A stretch of 64,000 bases of DNA from a virus (Duplodnaviria > Heunggongvirae > Uroviricota > Caudoviricetes). The translations under genes and the position numbers were made by a program. Position 1 is the stretch's first letter. Every line of letters starts with the position of its first letter. The notes under the pieces are model-generated. The model saw nothing but the letters and a program-made list of their open reading frames with translations. It was not told the DNA's origin and ran no database searches. Location of the stretch: IMG/VR virus record IMGVR_UViG_3300033463_000024; one strand, given 5' to 3'. Below, piece by piece: positions 18,626-26,628 of this stretch.

Positions 18626-19009
18626 ATGGCATATCAATCTTTTGAAGAAGAGGTGAAGGACTACGACAAGCGTAGGGACATGCATTACTATGTGTATTTC
18701 AGCGCCGCTACTTACACATACAAGGTGGATGTCATCCAGTTCAAGAAGAAGTCCGACATCAAGAACGAACGATTCAAGCACGAAAAATACTACTCCACCT
18801 ACAAGGCTGCTCGACGAGTCGCTGACCGTCTCACCGAGGATGACAAGAATGTCGCCCATCTGTTCGGTAGGGCCGCTCGCGATTACACGGATAAATTGCA
18901 TGAGGCCCTGAAGACAGAAGGCATCACGGCGACCCAAACGTGTACAATCGAGGCCGCTATCGCAAACACCAATGCACTTACAAAGCTACTCAACGGCAAG
19001 TTTTACTAG
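18626..19009 (+). CDS. hypothetical protein
   Basis: AGGAGG RBS. Confidence 0.75.
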   Translation: MAYQSFEEEVKDYDKRRDMHYYVYFSAATYTYKVDVIQFKKKSDIKNERFKHEKYYSTYKAARRVADRLTEDDKNVAHLFGRAARDYTDKLHEALKTEGITATQTCTIEAAIANTNALTKLLNGKFY

Positions 19010-19038
19010 TTGCCAAAGCTGGCAATAAGTGCTATATT
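19010..19038 (+). promoter_or_regulatory. sigma70-like promoter (class II) for tRNA
   Basis: TTGCCA-N17-TATATT. Confidence 0.75.
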
Positions 19039-19053
19039 TGCTCTCGAAATCAC

Positions 19054-19125
19054 GCGCTCGTGGTGTAATGGACAGCACATCAGCTTCCGAAGCTGATAAT
19101 TCCAGTTCGAAGCTGGACGAGCGTA
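19054..19125 (+). tRNA. tRNA-Arg(CCG)
   Basis: GCGCTCG/CGAGCGT acceptor, TCAGC-TTCCGAA-GCTGA anticodon arm, TCCAG-TTCGAAG-CTGGA T arm; no encoded CCA. Confidence 0.9.
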
Positions 19126-19275
19126 CTAATGGAACTGGACCCCTGAATGGTGCAAATTTGATATACCATGCCCGTGAAAGCGAGCGATGGAACTCAAACA
19201 CCCAAACAACCAAACACCATCTATCAAACCTTGCGCCTGGGCCCGGTACCATCAATTCTACATCATGAAACCCAG

Positions 19276-19304
19276 AGACACGGGAATGGTCCCGTGTCTT
19301 TTTT
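19276..19304 (+). terminator. intrinsic terminator
   Basis: AGACACGGGA-ATGG-TCCCGTGTCT followed by T-run. Confidence 0.8.
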
Positions 19305-19312
19305 CGTATGCT

Positions 19313-19360
19313 ACCGTGTACCGATGGTTCCAGGTCTCCCAGGACCTGGGGGAACATCGT
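19313..19360 (+). repeat. 48-bp element, copy 16
   Basis: Stem CCAGGTC/GACCTGG. Confidence 0.93.
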
Positions 19361-19400
19361 AGCGGCGACTAAAACAGAAACCCTTTCAAGGAGACACATC

Positions 19401-20033
19401 ATGAAAAGACTCAACAGGCTTCTCGCCGCAATCAAGAAATTCTCTTCTGTGGACAATGTTGCCCGCTACATTCACGGTATCAAGTTTGACCTCAACCGAC
19501 AGACAATCGAGGCAACCGATGGCAATGCCGGAATAATTGTCAAGGGTAGCAAGGGACTTGTTGCCGCGATGGCAAATGAATATGCCGAACATCTTGGGCT
19601 TGAACCGGTCGGGGGCGACTTTGGTGTAGTCAAGCTCGCCCCGGCAAACGGCAAGATGTGGCCTAATGCCGAACGCCTCGATAAGGAAAATACGCTTAAG
19701 GCAGACTTGCGCAAGTGCCTCAGTTTCGAACACGACCCGAAAACGAACAATTACGCACATATTCACAATGGCCAGTTCCAGCGTCTCAATCAGTTCTGCA
19801 AGGTGGTCAAGGTGCCGTTGAAGCTCATTCCGGGCATGACATATCTCGCCCCTGTCATGCAATATGGAAAGAGCAAGTTCAATGGTGAAGAAATCTACTT
19901 CTGCATCGCACAGATGCCGAAATTCCGCGCTCTATATGACGCACAGGACAATCTCATTACCACCTGTGTCCAGTATGAAAGCATGGATGAAATCGACAAT
20001 GAAGCCATGCAGGTGTTCAAGCAGATGGCATAA
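19401..20033 (+). CDS. hypothetical protein
   Basis: ATG after AAGGAGAC. Confidence 0.8.
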   Translation: MKRLNRLLAAIKKFSSVDNVARYIHGIKFDLNRQTIEATDGNAGIIVKGSKGLVAAMANEYAEHLGLEPVGGDFGVVKLAPANGKMWPNAERLDKENTLKADLRKCLSFEHDPKTNNYAHIHNGQFQRLNQFCKVVKVPLKLIPGMTYLAPVMQYGKSKFNGEEIYFCIAQMPKFRALYDAQDNLITTCVQYESMDEIDNEAMQVFKQMA

Positions 20034-20039
20034 GGGGAA

Positions 20040-20312
20040 TTGATGGATAACAAGACAGAAAGCTTCTATTTCAACTTCGCATATTCTCTTTTCGGAAAGA
20101 GAAATCCATACGCAAGATACCGCGATATATTCGGTCGAGTGACCGTCCCTGCCGGACCGGATGCCAAGCAAGCCGCGATGGACAAGATTGCCACCAAGTT
20201 CAACAGGCACGAATGGGGCTTCCTGTACACGCAGGAGCAATTTGACACCTTCCCGTCCAAGCCGTGGTGGAAGGGTACAGAAAGGGTCATGGACTTCGAC
20301 GATCTGAAATGA
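20040..20312 (+). CDS. hypothetical protein
   Basis: Operon position. Confidence 0.7.
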   Translation: MMDNKTESFYFNFAYSLFGKRNPYARYRDIFGRVTVPAGPDAKQAAMDKIATKFNRHEWGFLYTQEQFDTFPSKPWWKGTERVMDFDDLK

Positions 20313-20327
20313 TCAATGATTTGGCCC

Positions 20328-20375
20328 GCCGTGTAGACAACCCTCCCGGTCTTCGGGGGCCTGGGGGATTATCGT
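20328..20375 (+). repeat. 48-bp element, copy 17
   Basis: GCCGT-N38-ATCGT. Confidence 0.9.
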
Positions 20376-20414
20376 AAGGGCACAGAAACAAAACCAATTA
20401 ACAAGGAGACAATT

Positions 20415-21179
20415 ATGCCGCAAGCCGCACACAACTTCTATGAAAACGAATTGAAGCCAACCCTTCTCGAAGTATTCGAGGAAATCTACATTGATGTCAC
20501 TAAAGGTGACGAATGGTACCAAATCGGATGCGAAGAGTCCGGCGTACCGGAAGATTGTGAATGGGAAGACCGCGATGGCTTCTGGAGCCACAACAACGGC
20601 GGTGTCGAAATGTCCTTCATCCCGAGCACTTCCATCTTCTCCAACGGTTGCAGACATGCTCCATGTATTCAAGCGTGGGTGGATGGGCAGTACAAGGAAT
20701 GCAAGGAAAATGCATTGGACGATGAAAACTACCTTGAATGGAAGGCTGAACAGGAAGCCGAAGGCAAGGAGTCTGATGTCGAATACTGGCTCTCCGATAC
20801 CGATGATGGCAACGAGTTCGAGAATGACCATGAAGATTCCTACATGGAATCCACTCCGTTCTGCAATGTGAAAGCATGGTTGCAGGGAGTCGATGGCTAC
20901 CAGTTCAGGGGCGAAGTTGAACCTGATACCGTCTTGAAGCTCCACTTCGAGTTCTGCTTCAATGATGACCTTGGATACGGTCGTCCGTACATTTCCTGGT
21001 GCCCCGGTGTCGGCGACCACCCGAAGTGCGCTGCCAACATCTACTTCGAGGCCAAGAATGTCGAATTTGCCCGTCAGCTTCTCAAGACCAAGATTCTTGA
21101 AATGGCCAAGCTCCCGGACGATGAACAGCGCGAAACGGTCGATTTCTATGCAGACGGTCTCGATGATAGACAGTTCTAG
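20415..21179 (+). CDS. hypothetical acidic protein
   Basis: RBS after repeat. Confidence 0.8.
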   Translation: MPQAAHNFYENELKPTLLEVFEEIYIDVTKGDEWYQIGCEESGVPEDCEWEDRDGFWSHNNGGVEMSFIPSTSIFSNGCRHAPCIQAWVDGQYKECKENALDDENYLEWKAEQEAEGKESDVEYWLSDTDDGNEFENDHEDSYMESTPFCNVKAWLQGVDGYQFRGEVEPDTVLKLHFEFCFNDDLGYGRPYISWCPGVGDHPKCAANIYFEAKNVEFARQLLKTKILEMAKLPDDEQRETVDFYADGLDDRQF

Positions 21180-21193
21180 GGAGGTGACCAGGT

Positions 21194-21436
21194 ATGAAAG
21201 CCATTCTTTATGACTTGTTGCTTCTCCTGATTGCATCCGTACTCGTTTCTTGGTTCCCGGCGCTCGCATATTGGTTCGAGCACCCGTGTACCAAGAACGA
21301 TGCGGTCCAATTAATTGCAATCACCAGCGACATCATCGGATTTCTTGTATGGCTCAAGGCCATGCGGAAATTTATTCCTGATTGCAAGAATTTTATTTCC
21401 GAGTTCAACCGCCTATTGAATGAAGGCAATAAATAA
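21194..21436 (+). CDS. small membrane protein
   Basis: Two hydrophobic segments; GGAGG RBS. Confidence 0.7.
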   Translation: MKAILYDLLLLLIASVLVSWFPALAYWFEHPCTKNDAVQLIAITSDIIGFLVWLKAMRKFIPDCKNFISEFNRLLNEGNK

Positions 21437-21461
21437 TTTTTAATTTTAAGAGGATATCAAT

Positions 21462-21848
21462 ATGGTGAGATACGTACTTTCCAAGTTTTTCCGACCGGAA
21501 AATGTCGTTGAATACGCCGTATCCCGTATCAAGGAATGCGGTGGGACTCTCGACAGGGTTATTTACCCGAAAGAGGGAGAAGAAGGCATCTGGGTTACCT
21601 TCGTCAAGGACGGTATGCCGGATGTCTACCGCATCAGCAAGAGTCCGATGGGTCCCTATAAGATTTACGAGCTTCCGACACTCACGTTCTTCCATGACGA
21701 TGAAGTCGCGAAGTTCATGATGGACACGCTCCGCTCCATGCCGGACAAGAGCGTGCTTGAAGCGACCGACAGCCCGCACTTCAAGTCAATCTGCCACTGG
21801 CTCAACAAGGAACCCAAGGCTCTCTTGGAAGAAATCAAGGAGGGATGA
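21462..21848 (+). CDS. hypothetical protein
   Basis: AGAGG RBS. Confidence 0.75.
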   Translation: MVRYVLSKFFRPENVVEYAVSRIKECGGTLDRVIYPKEGEEGIWVTFVKDGMPDVYRISKSPMGPYKIYELPTLTFFHDDEVAKFMMDTLRSMPDKSVLEATDSPHFKSICHWLNKEPKALLEEIKEG

Positions 21849-22474
21849 TGAAGAAATTTTTGATTTTTGCAATCCTGCTGTTCACTGCGACCACGCTGTT
21901 CGCAAACAAGCCATCCGGCGTCTGGAGACTCGCACGCACAAACGCGATGCACTCGACCGCATGGAACCATCCGGGGACAATGGTCAACATCGGCGGTAAG
22001 GTTGTCTGCCATTACGCAGGACAGATCAGCTTCCCGCTGAACGACTACGGTCGATGTGACGATATCCTTATCCTGCATCTTGCAAAGGCGCAGGCGATGG
22101 AGGAAGACGGGAAGATTATTGGGCTGTACTGCGCCTATGACTGGTCATACCCGGACATGGGCGGCAACTACCTGTCCAATGACGTATATCGCGACAACTG
22201 TCCCGACATACTCGCGGCTGTAAACGGTGGCTTCGAGATAATCGGGGAATACTGGTTCAAGCCCGTGGAAAACCAGGCCATATATTACAAGGACGGGGAA
22301 CCAATCAAGCAGATTATGTCCAATACGAGGGAAACGCTTGACAGGTTCGACAAGAGGTACGAGAACCAAATACGCTATCGCGATACATACGACTGGGTAT
22401 TGCGGCGACCCGGATACGGATGGGACCAATGGGAACGCCCCGGAAGCGTGTACGGGAAACGAATGGGAAAATAG
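21845..22474 (+). CDS. secreted hypothetical protein
   Basis: Signal peptide MKKFLIFAILLFTATTLFA. Confidence 0.8.
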   Translation: MMKKFLIFAILLFTATTLFANKPSGVWRLARTNAMHSTAWNHPGTMVNIGGKVVCHYAGQISFPLNDYGRCDDILILHLAKAQAMEEDGKIIGLYCAYDWSYPDMGGNYLSNDVYRDNCPDILAAVNGGFEIIGEYWFKPVENQAIYYKDGEPIKQIMSNTRETLDRFDKRYENQIRYRDTYDWVLRRPGYGWDQWERPGSVYGKRMGK

Positions 22475-22554
22475 CCAATACAATACATATTGACGGCGTT
22501 GGTTGCCATGCGCACCGCCGTTTGCTACATTATGAAAAACAAGTGAGGTGTATT

Positions 22555-22797
22555 ATGGAAAAGGAACAATTAGAAAGACTTTTGAAAGTGGTTAAGGACG
22601 CTTCTGAACAGTTCGGGGGTATCTACTCCCGTATTTGGGATGGCCTTCGCGCCGAACCAAGTTCCGTGTCAAGCATGGCGTTCCTTTCCGTATATAAGGA
22701 TTGCAAGGATGCAATGGATTTCGTGCTTGCTTACGAAATGCCTGAAACGTCCATCTACACGAAGTACAGGATACCTACCGATGCAAGAAACCATTAA
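22555..22797 (+). CDS. hypothetical protein
   Basis: GAGGTG RBS. Confidence 0.65.
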   Translation: MEKEQLERLLKVVKDASEQFGGIYSRIWDGLRAEPSSVSSMAFLSVYKDCKDAMDFVLAYEMPETSIYTKYRIPTDARNH

Positions 22798-23233
22798 GGA
22801 CTTCTGGAAACTGGGCAAGGACCAGTTTGGGGATACGCTGTGGATGCAGAAACCCCGTAAGGCTCCCAACGGATACTGGGAAACCTGCATGGTGTTCCAC
22901 TACCCGAGGGGTACCCGTCCCGGCAGGGGCGAACACCGCATTTGCGCCTGCATGACTGACTATGTGATGAATGCTACCGCGTTCGATGGGATAATACCGG
23001 AGGACATCCGCTACAAGTTCCTTGAACTCATGAGGGCAATCGTCATCGCAAGCCGTTATGCGTGGATGCTCCGGCGCGGAAATACCGGGTTCGCCGAGGT
23101 CGATGGAGAGCGCAACGCGTTGTCCGTACATACTGCGGTACATGGCTGTAATGAAATACTACGAATCAATGTGGGTGTTATTCCCGAACTCGTGAAACTC
23201 GTGGACAATCTGTTCAATGGAGGTAAACAATGA
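22781..23233 (+). CDS. hypothetical protein
   Basis: Overlapping operon ORF. Confidence 0.7.
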   Translation: MQETIKDFWKLGKDQFGDTLWMQKPRKAPNGYWETCMVFHYPRGTRPGRGEHRICACMTDYVMNATAFDGIIPEDIRYKFLELMRAIVIASRYAWMLRRGNTGFAEVDGERNALSVHTAVHGCNEILRINVGVIPELVKLVDNLFNGGKQ

Positions 23234-23385
23234 GAAAGCATTTCAAGTGCAAGTTCAACCCCTTGCAGATAATGGTCGAGACGATATCGTACAAGAATGG
23301 GCATCGCGCTACGTCCGGCATCAATGCCAATCGCTTCAAAGCTGAACTTGCGAAAACAGCACAGGAATGCCATGAGAAGAATTGA
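23230..23385 (+). CDS. small hypothetical protein (51 aa)
   Basis: GGAGG RBS, ATGA coupling. Confidence 0.6.
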   Translation: MRKHFKCKFNPLQIMVETISYKNGHRATSGINANRFKAELAKTAQECHEKN

Positions 23386-24175
23386 AATCGACCGCCGCAT
23401 GACAACCAGCACACCGGTTACCGATGACATCAGCGGCATGCTCGCCAAGATGGGCGCATGGAAGCCAAAGTCACTTGAACATGTCATAATGGCATGCGAA
23501 CGCATCATCCATGCGGCGAACGATGACATCTACTATGGCAAATCTAAACACGGGGATGAAGAAAAGCTCGCGTACCTCAATGCAATGAAAGGCAAGCTGA
23601 TTAAATATCCCAATGGCATCGCGAACTCAACCGAATACATCTACGTGACCGATGTGTCCGTTGATGACCGGGAATGGGAAACCGAGGTAAGCCTGAATGG
23701 TGTCCGGCTGTCAAAGTACAACCGCATCGGCAACGATGAAATTCAGATATATTCCCTGAAAATCATGTTCAGCACCATAATCGGCTTGGAACCCGATGGC
23801 GTGACGGTACAGAATCACGGGCATAACGTCAAGTACGAAATCGTGTCCAGTTTTGAGGAATACAAGGGCGCAGTATCAAGGATGAAGGCAATTATCCCGA
23901 TGATACAAGGCATCCCCGATTACCTGACCCGCGACAGCGTAAAGATTCCCTTACACAAATCAACCAAGAAGGACAGACAATGCCAGACTCCACCTACATC
24001 TACAACGACAGGCAAGGTAACATTGAAGTCATGCGGGGCGCTTTCGGATACAACATCATCCTCACAAGGAACGATGGGGAATGGGAAGGCAAAAAGCACA
24101 CGACAACCGCCTGTGTCGGGGACTTCTCGAAAGAAAGGCTCCAGGAAATCGCAACAAAACTCCAAGAGTTCGTAG
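23372..24175 (+). CDS. hypothetical protein (possible lost stop at 23978)
   Basis: ORF overlaps next gene by 196 nt. Confidence 0.65.
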   Translation: MRRIEIDRRMTTSTPVTDDISGMLAKMGAWKPKSLEHVIMACERIIHAANDDIYYGKSKHGDEEKLAYLNAMKGKLIKYPNGIANSTEYIYVTDVSVDDREWETEVSLNGVRLSKYNRIGNDEIQIYSLKIMFSTIIGLEPDGVTVQNHGHNVKYEIVSSFEEYKGAVSRMKAIIPMIQGIPDYLTRDSVKIPLHKSTKKDRQCQTPPTSTTTGKVTLKSCGALSDTTSSSQGTMGNGKAKSTRQPPVSGTSRKKGSRKSQQNSKSS

Positions 24176-24186
24176 ACTCCATTTGA
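23980..24186 (+). CDS. hypothetical protein
   Basis: AAGAAGGA RBS-like; ends just before repeat copy 18. Confidence 0.65.
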   Translation: MPDSTYIYNDRQGNIEVMRGAFGYNIILTRNDGEWEGKKHTTTACVGDFSKERLQEIATKLQEFVDSI

Positions 24187-24209
24187 TCCGTGCCGTGAAA
24201 CATGAAACA

Positions 24210-24257
24210 ACCGTATAACCCAGTGCCCCGTTTTCATGGGACCTGGGGTATCATCGT
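24210..24257 (+). repeat. 48-bp element, copy 18
   Basis: Same boxes, 38-bp spacer. Confidence 0.9.
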
Positions 24258-24283
24258 ATGTACCGAAACGAAACGAGGCAACT

Positions 24284-24538
24284 ATGACTATCACGCTTAA
24301 CGACCCTATACAGAAAAAGTCCATGAGCAAGGAAGCCAACGCGAACGTGCTCGCGTGCAAGACGAACATGTTTGGCATCCTGAACTCCCTGGGCAACCGG
24401 GTGGACATATATTCCGGTACAAACTTCTTCGACCACAACAAGAAACTTCTGCAACGAATCTTCCTTAAATCAACGTTCATCCGATGTGTCCTGTGGTTCG
24501 ACAAGAACCATGCGACCTGCCTGGGGGTAAAGCTATGA
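24284..24538 (+). CDS. hypothetical protein
   Basis: GAGG RBS after repeat. Confidence 0.7.
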   Translation: MTITLNDPIQKKSMSKEANANVLACKTNMFGILNSLGNRVDIYSGTNFFDHNKKLLQRIFLKSTFIRCVLWFDKNHATCLGVKL

Positions 24539-24843
24539 TAATGCAATGGAAACAGCGCAATGGCGCAATCATGACCGTGGACATTGACGCGATAATGCGC
24601 CTGGAATATATCCCAAACGAGAAATACGGTCGCCCCATGCTTACCGTGATGACATGCGATGTGGTCGATACAATCAGCGGTCGCCCGGCCCTTCCCGGGG
24701 ACCCGGCCTACATACCCGACTGCGACACCGCGGAAGTCTTGATTAACCAGCCACAGAAGGGGCCGACCTCATGGAAGCTGTTTAGGATTCCGACCGAGAT
24801 TATGGAGCTTCACAACTACCTTGTGAAGTGCAAGTCAAACTGA
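24535..24843 (+). CDS. hypothetical protein
   Basis: ATGA coupling. Confidence 0.7.
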   Translation: MIMQWKQRNGAIMTVDIDAIMRLEYIPNEKYGRPMLTVMTCDVVDTISGRPALPGDPAYIPDCDTAEVLINQPQKGPTSWKLFRIPTEIMELHNYLVKCKSN

Positions 24844-24847
24844 TTCA

Positions 24848-24895
24848 ACCGTGTACACCATGTTCCCGTTCTTTGGGGACCTGGGGGATCATCGT
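24848..24895 (+). repeat. 48-bp element, copy 19
   Basis: Same boxes, 38-bp spacer. Confidence 0.95.
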
Positions 24896-24917
24896 AAGGC
24901 AACCGAAAGGAGATTAA

Positions 24918-26129
24918 ATGCGAAACGAATATAAATGCGTTAGCGGATGGCGCAACATTGCCGCACCTATCTTGTGGAATGCACTCACGAAGCCATCCTC
25001 CACTGATAGCACGCGCACCGACCGTACGGAAGCCATGAATGACGCCCTAGCAAGCCTCCACCTGAATGCAGAGGTAGTCGGCATCAAGCAGGGTCCCGTC
25101 ATTACCCGCTATATGGTAAAGGTGGGCGATGGCATCCGCGTGCGAAATGTGCGAAATAATCTCGAAGACCTCGCAATGCGCCTTGGCGTGCCATGCAAGT
25201 CCATCCGCATCGAGTGTAACGATGGCCTTATCGGCATCGAAGTCCCGAACGAGACACGCTCAGTAGTCCCGTGCCGTACCATCGTGACCCCAGATAACAG
25301 CGGCCTGATACAGTTCGGCTCGCTCAATATTGGCATGGGTGTCGATATTGTTGGAAATCCGGTACACTTCAACCTCGCAAAGGCACCGCACATGCTTGTC
25401 GCGGGACAGACAGGTTCAGGCAAGAGCGTGTTCCTCAACTCGCTCATCTGCAACCTCCTGATGAACAACCATCCCAATGAATTATCCCTCGTCCTGATCG
25501 ATCCGAAGGGAACTGAAATGCAGTCTTATGCGGCGATACCGACAGTCCAGGTCATCAACAACGTGCGTGATGCCGTAAAGAAGCTCGCCTCGCTTGTCGA
25601 TGTGATGGAAGCCCGTTACAGAATGTTTACGGAAGCAACGGTTTCGTGCGGAAAGCCTGTACGTACGCTTGATGACTACATGGAAACTGTCACCGATTAC
25701 ACACGCGACATAAGCAACCGTTGCCGCATCGTCGTGGTAATTGATGAAGTTGCCGACCTGATGGCATGCGATAAACAGGGCATGGAAACAAGCATCGCCC
25801 GTCTCGCCGCGAAAGCCCGTGCCGCAGGCATCCACCTAGTCCTCGCAACGCAGAGACCTTCCCGCGATGTAATCACAGGCACAATCAAGGCAAACCTCCC
25901 GACCCGCATCGCGTTCCGGCTCCCGTCACAGGTAGACTCCAAGACTATCCTTGATGAAATCGGTGCCGAGTCGCTTCTGGGACGTGGGGACATGCTGTTC
26001 AAGACTACCGATGGAGTTACCCGTCTGCATGGATGCTGGATGTCCGATAAAGACATCATGAACTTCATCAACATGTACAAACAGATTTACAGTATAATCA
26101 ACAGGAGAACCAATGAAAAACCCGTTTAA
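24918..26129 (+). CDS. FtsK/SpoIIIE-family DNA translocase motor domain (no TM, no gamma domain)
   Basis: GPVITRY alpha domain, PHMLVAGQTGSGKS, LIDPK, VVVIDEVADLM, ARAAGIHLVLATQRPS, GAESLLGRGDML. Confidence 0.93.
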   Translation: MRNEYKCVSGWRNIAAPILWNALTKPSSTDSTRTDRTEAMNDALASLHLNAEVVGIKQGPVITRYMVKVGDGIRVRNVRNNLEDLAMRLGVPCKSIRIECNDGLIGIEVPNETRSVVPCRTIVTPDNSGLIQFGSLNIGMGVDIVGNPVHFNLAKAPHMLVAGQTGSGKSVFLNSLICNLLMNNHPNELSLVLIDPKGTEMQSYAAIPTVQVINNVRDAVKKLASLVDVMEARYRMFTEATVSCGKPVRTLDDYMETVTDYTRDISNRCRIVVVIDEVADLMACDKQGMETSIARLAAKARAAGIHLVLATQRPSRDVITGTIKANLPTRIAFRLPSQVDSKTILDEIGAESLLGRGDMLFKTTDGVTRLHGCWMSDKDIMNFINMYKQIYSIINRRTNEKPV

Positions 26130-26562
26130 GTGGATGCATGACAAGGCATACAATGACCGCAAGAACCACCCGGTTCGGGTCAGCCTGGACTTCATGTTCA
26201 TCGAGGCGATAGTTGCCGCATGGCAGGCGTTGTGGATTGTATGCAATGATGTAACCCAATGCCCAGGCACGATGTTGCTCGCCTTCCTGAATCTCCTTGG
26301 TTTCGGCGGTTTATTGTGTCATGAACTCGATAAAATCATCGGGGTTTGCACACATGACTGGCGACACGCAGATATTAGAAACCCGGACATCATCAGTCTT
26401 ATTCTAGGTCTTGAAAAGGCCGAAAAGGACATCAACGAAGGAAAGCTCGCCTGGAAGGCTGCGTTCTACGACCCATCTAAGGAGCGAATCGAATATACCC
26501 ACATTCCTCTGGATCCGAAGCCGGAAGAAGAACCGACCGTATCCGAGGGCATCCAGGGCTAA
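26113..26562 (+). CDS. hypothetical membrane protein
   Basis: AGGAG RBS; hydrophobic segments; ends inside repeat copy 20. Confidence 0.7.
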   Translation: MKNPFKWMHDKAYNDRKNHPVRVSLDFMFIEAIVAAWQALWIVCNDVTQCPGTMLLAFLNLLGFGGLLCHELDKIIGVCTHDWRHADIRNPDIISLILGLEKAEKDINEGKLAWKAAFYDPSKERIEYTHIPLDPKPEEEPTVSEGIQG

Positions 26563-26583
26563 GGGGACCTGGGGGCGAATCGT
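26536..26583 (+). repeat. 48-bp element, copy 20 (last)
   Basis: ACCGT-N38-ATCGT; only CCAGG/CCTGG pairing left. Confidence 0.9.
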
Positions 26584-26628
26584 ATCAGCAACGAAACAAA
26601 CAATCAACATAAGAAGGGAAACAACAAA

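Noticed and set aside
205-26583. Repeat array as CRISPR
   Set aside because: Intervals are 0.4-3.9 kb and contain whole genes; repeats are degenerate; no cas genes in the window
205-26583. Repeats as canonical integron attC sites
   Set aside because: No RYYYAAC...GTTRRRY core pair and no integron integrase in the window; only an analogy is kept
205-26583. Repeats as intrinsic terminators or G-quadruplexes
   Set aside because: No U-tract after the stem; generally only two G-runs per strand, and they pair with C-runs
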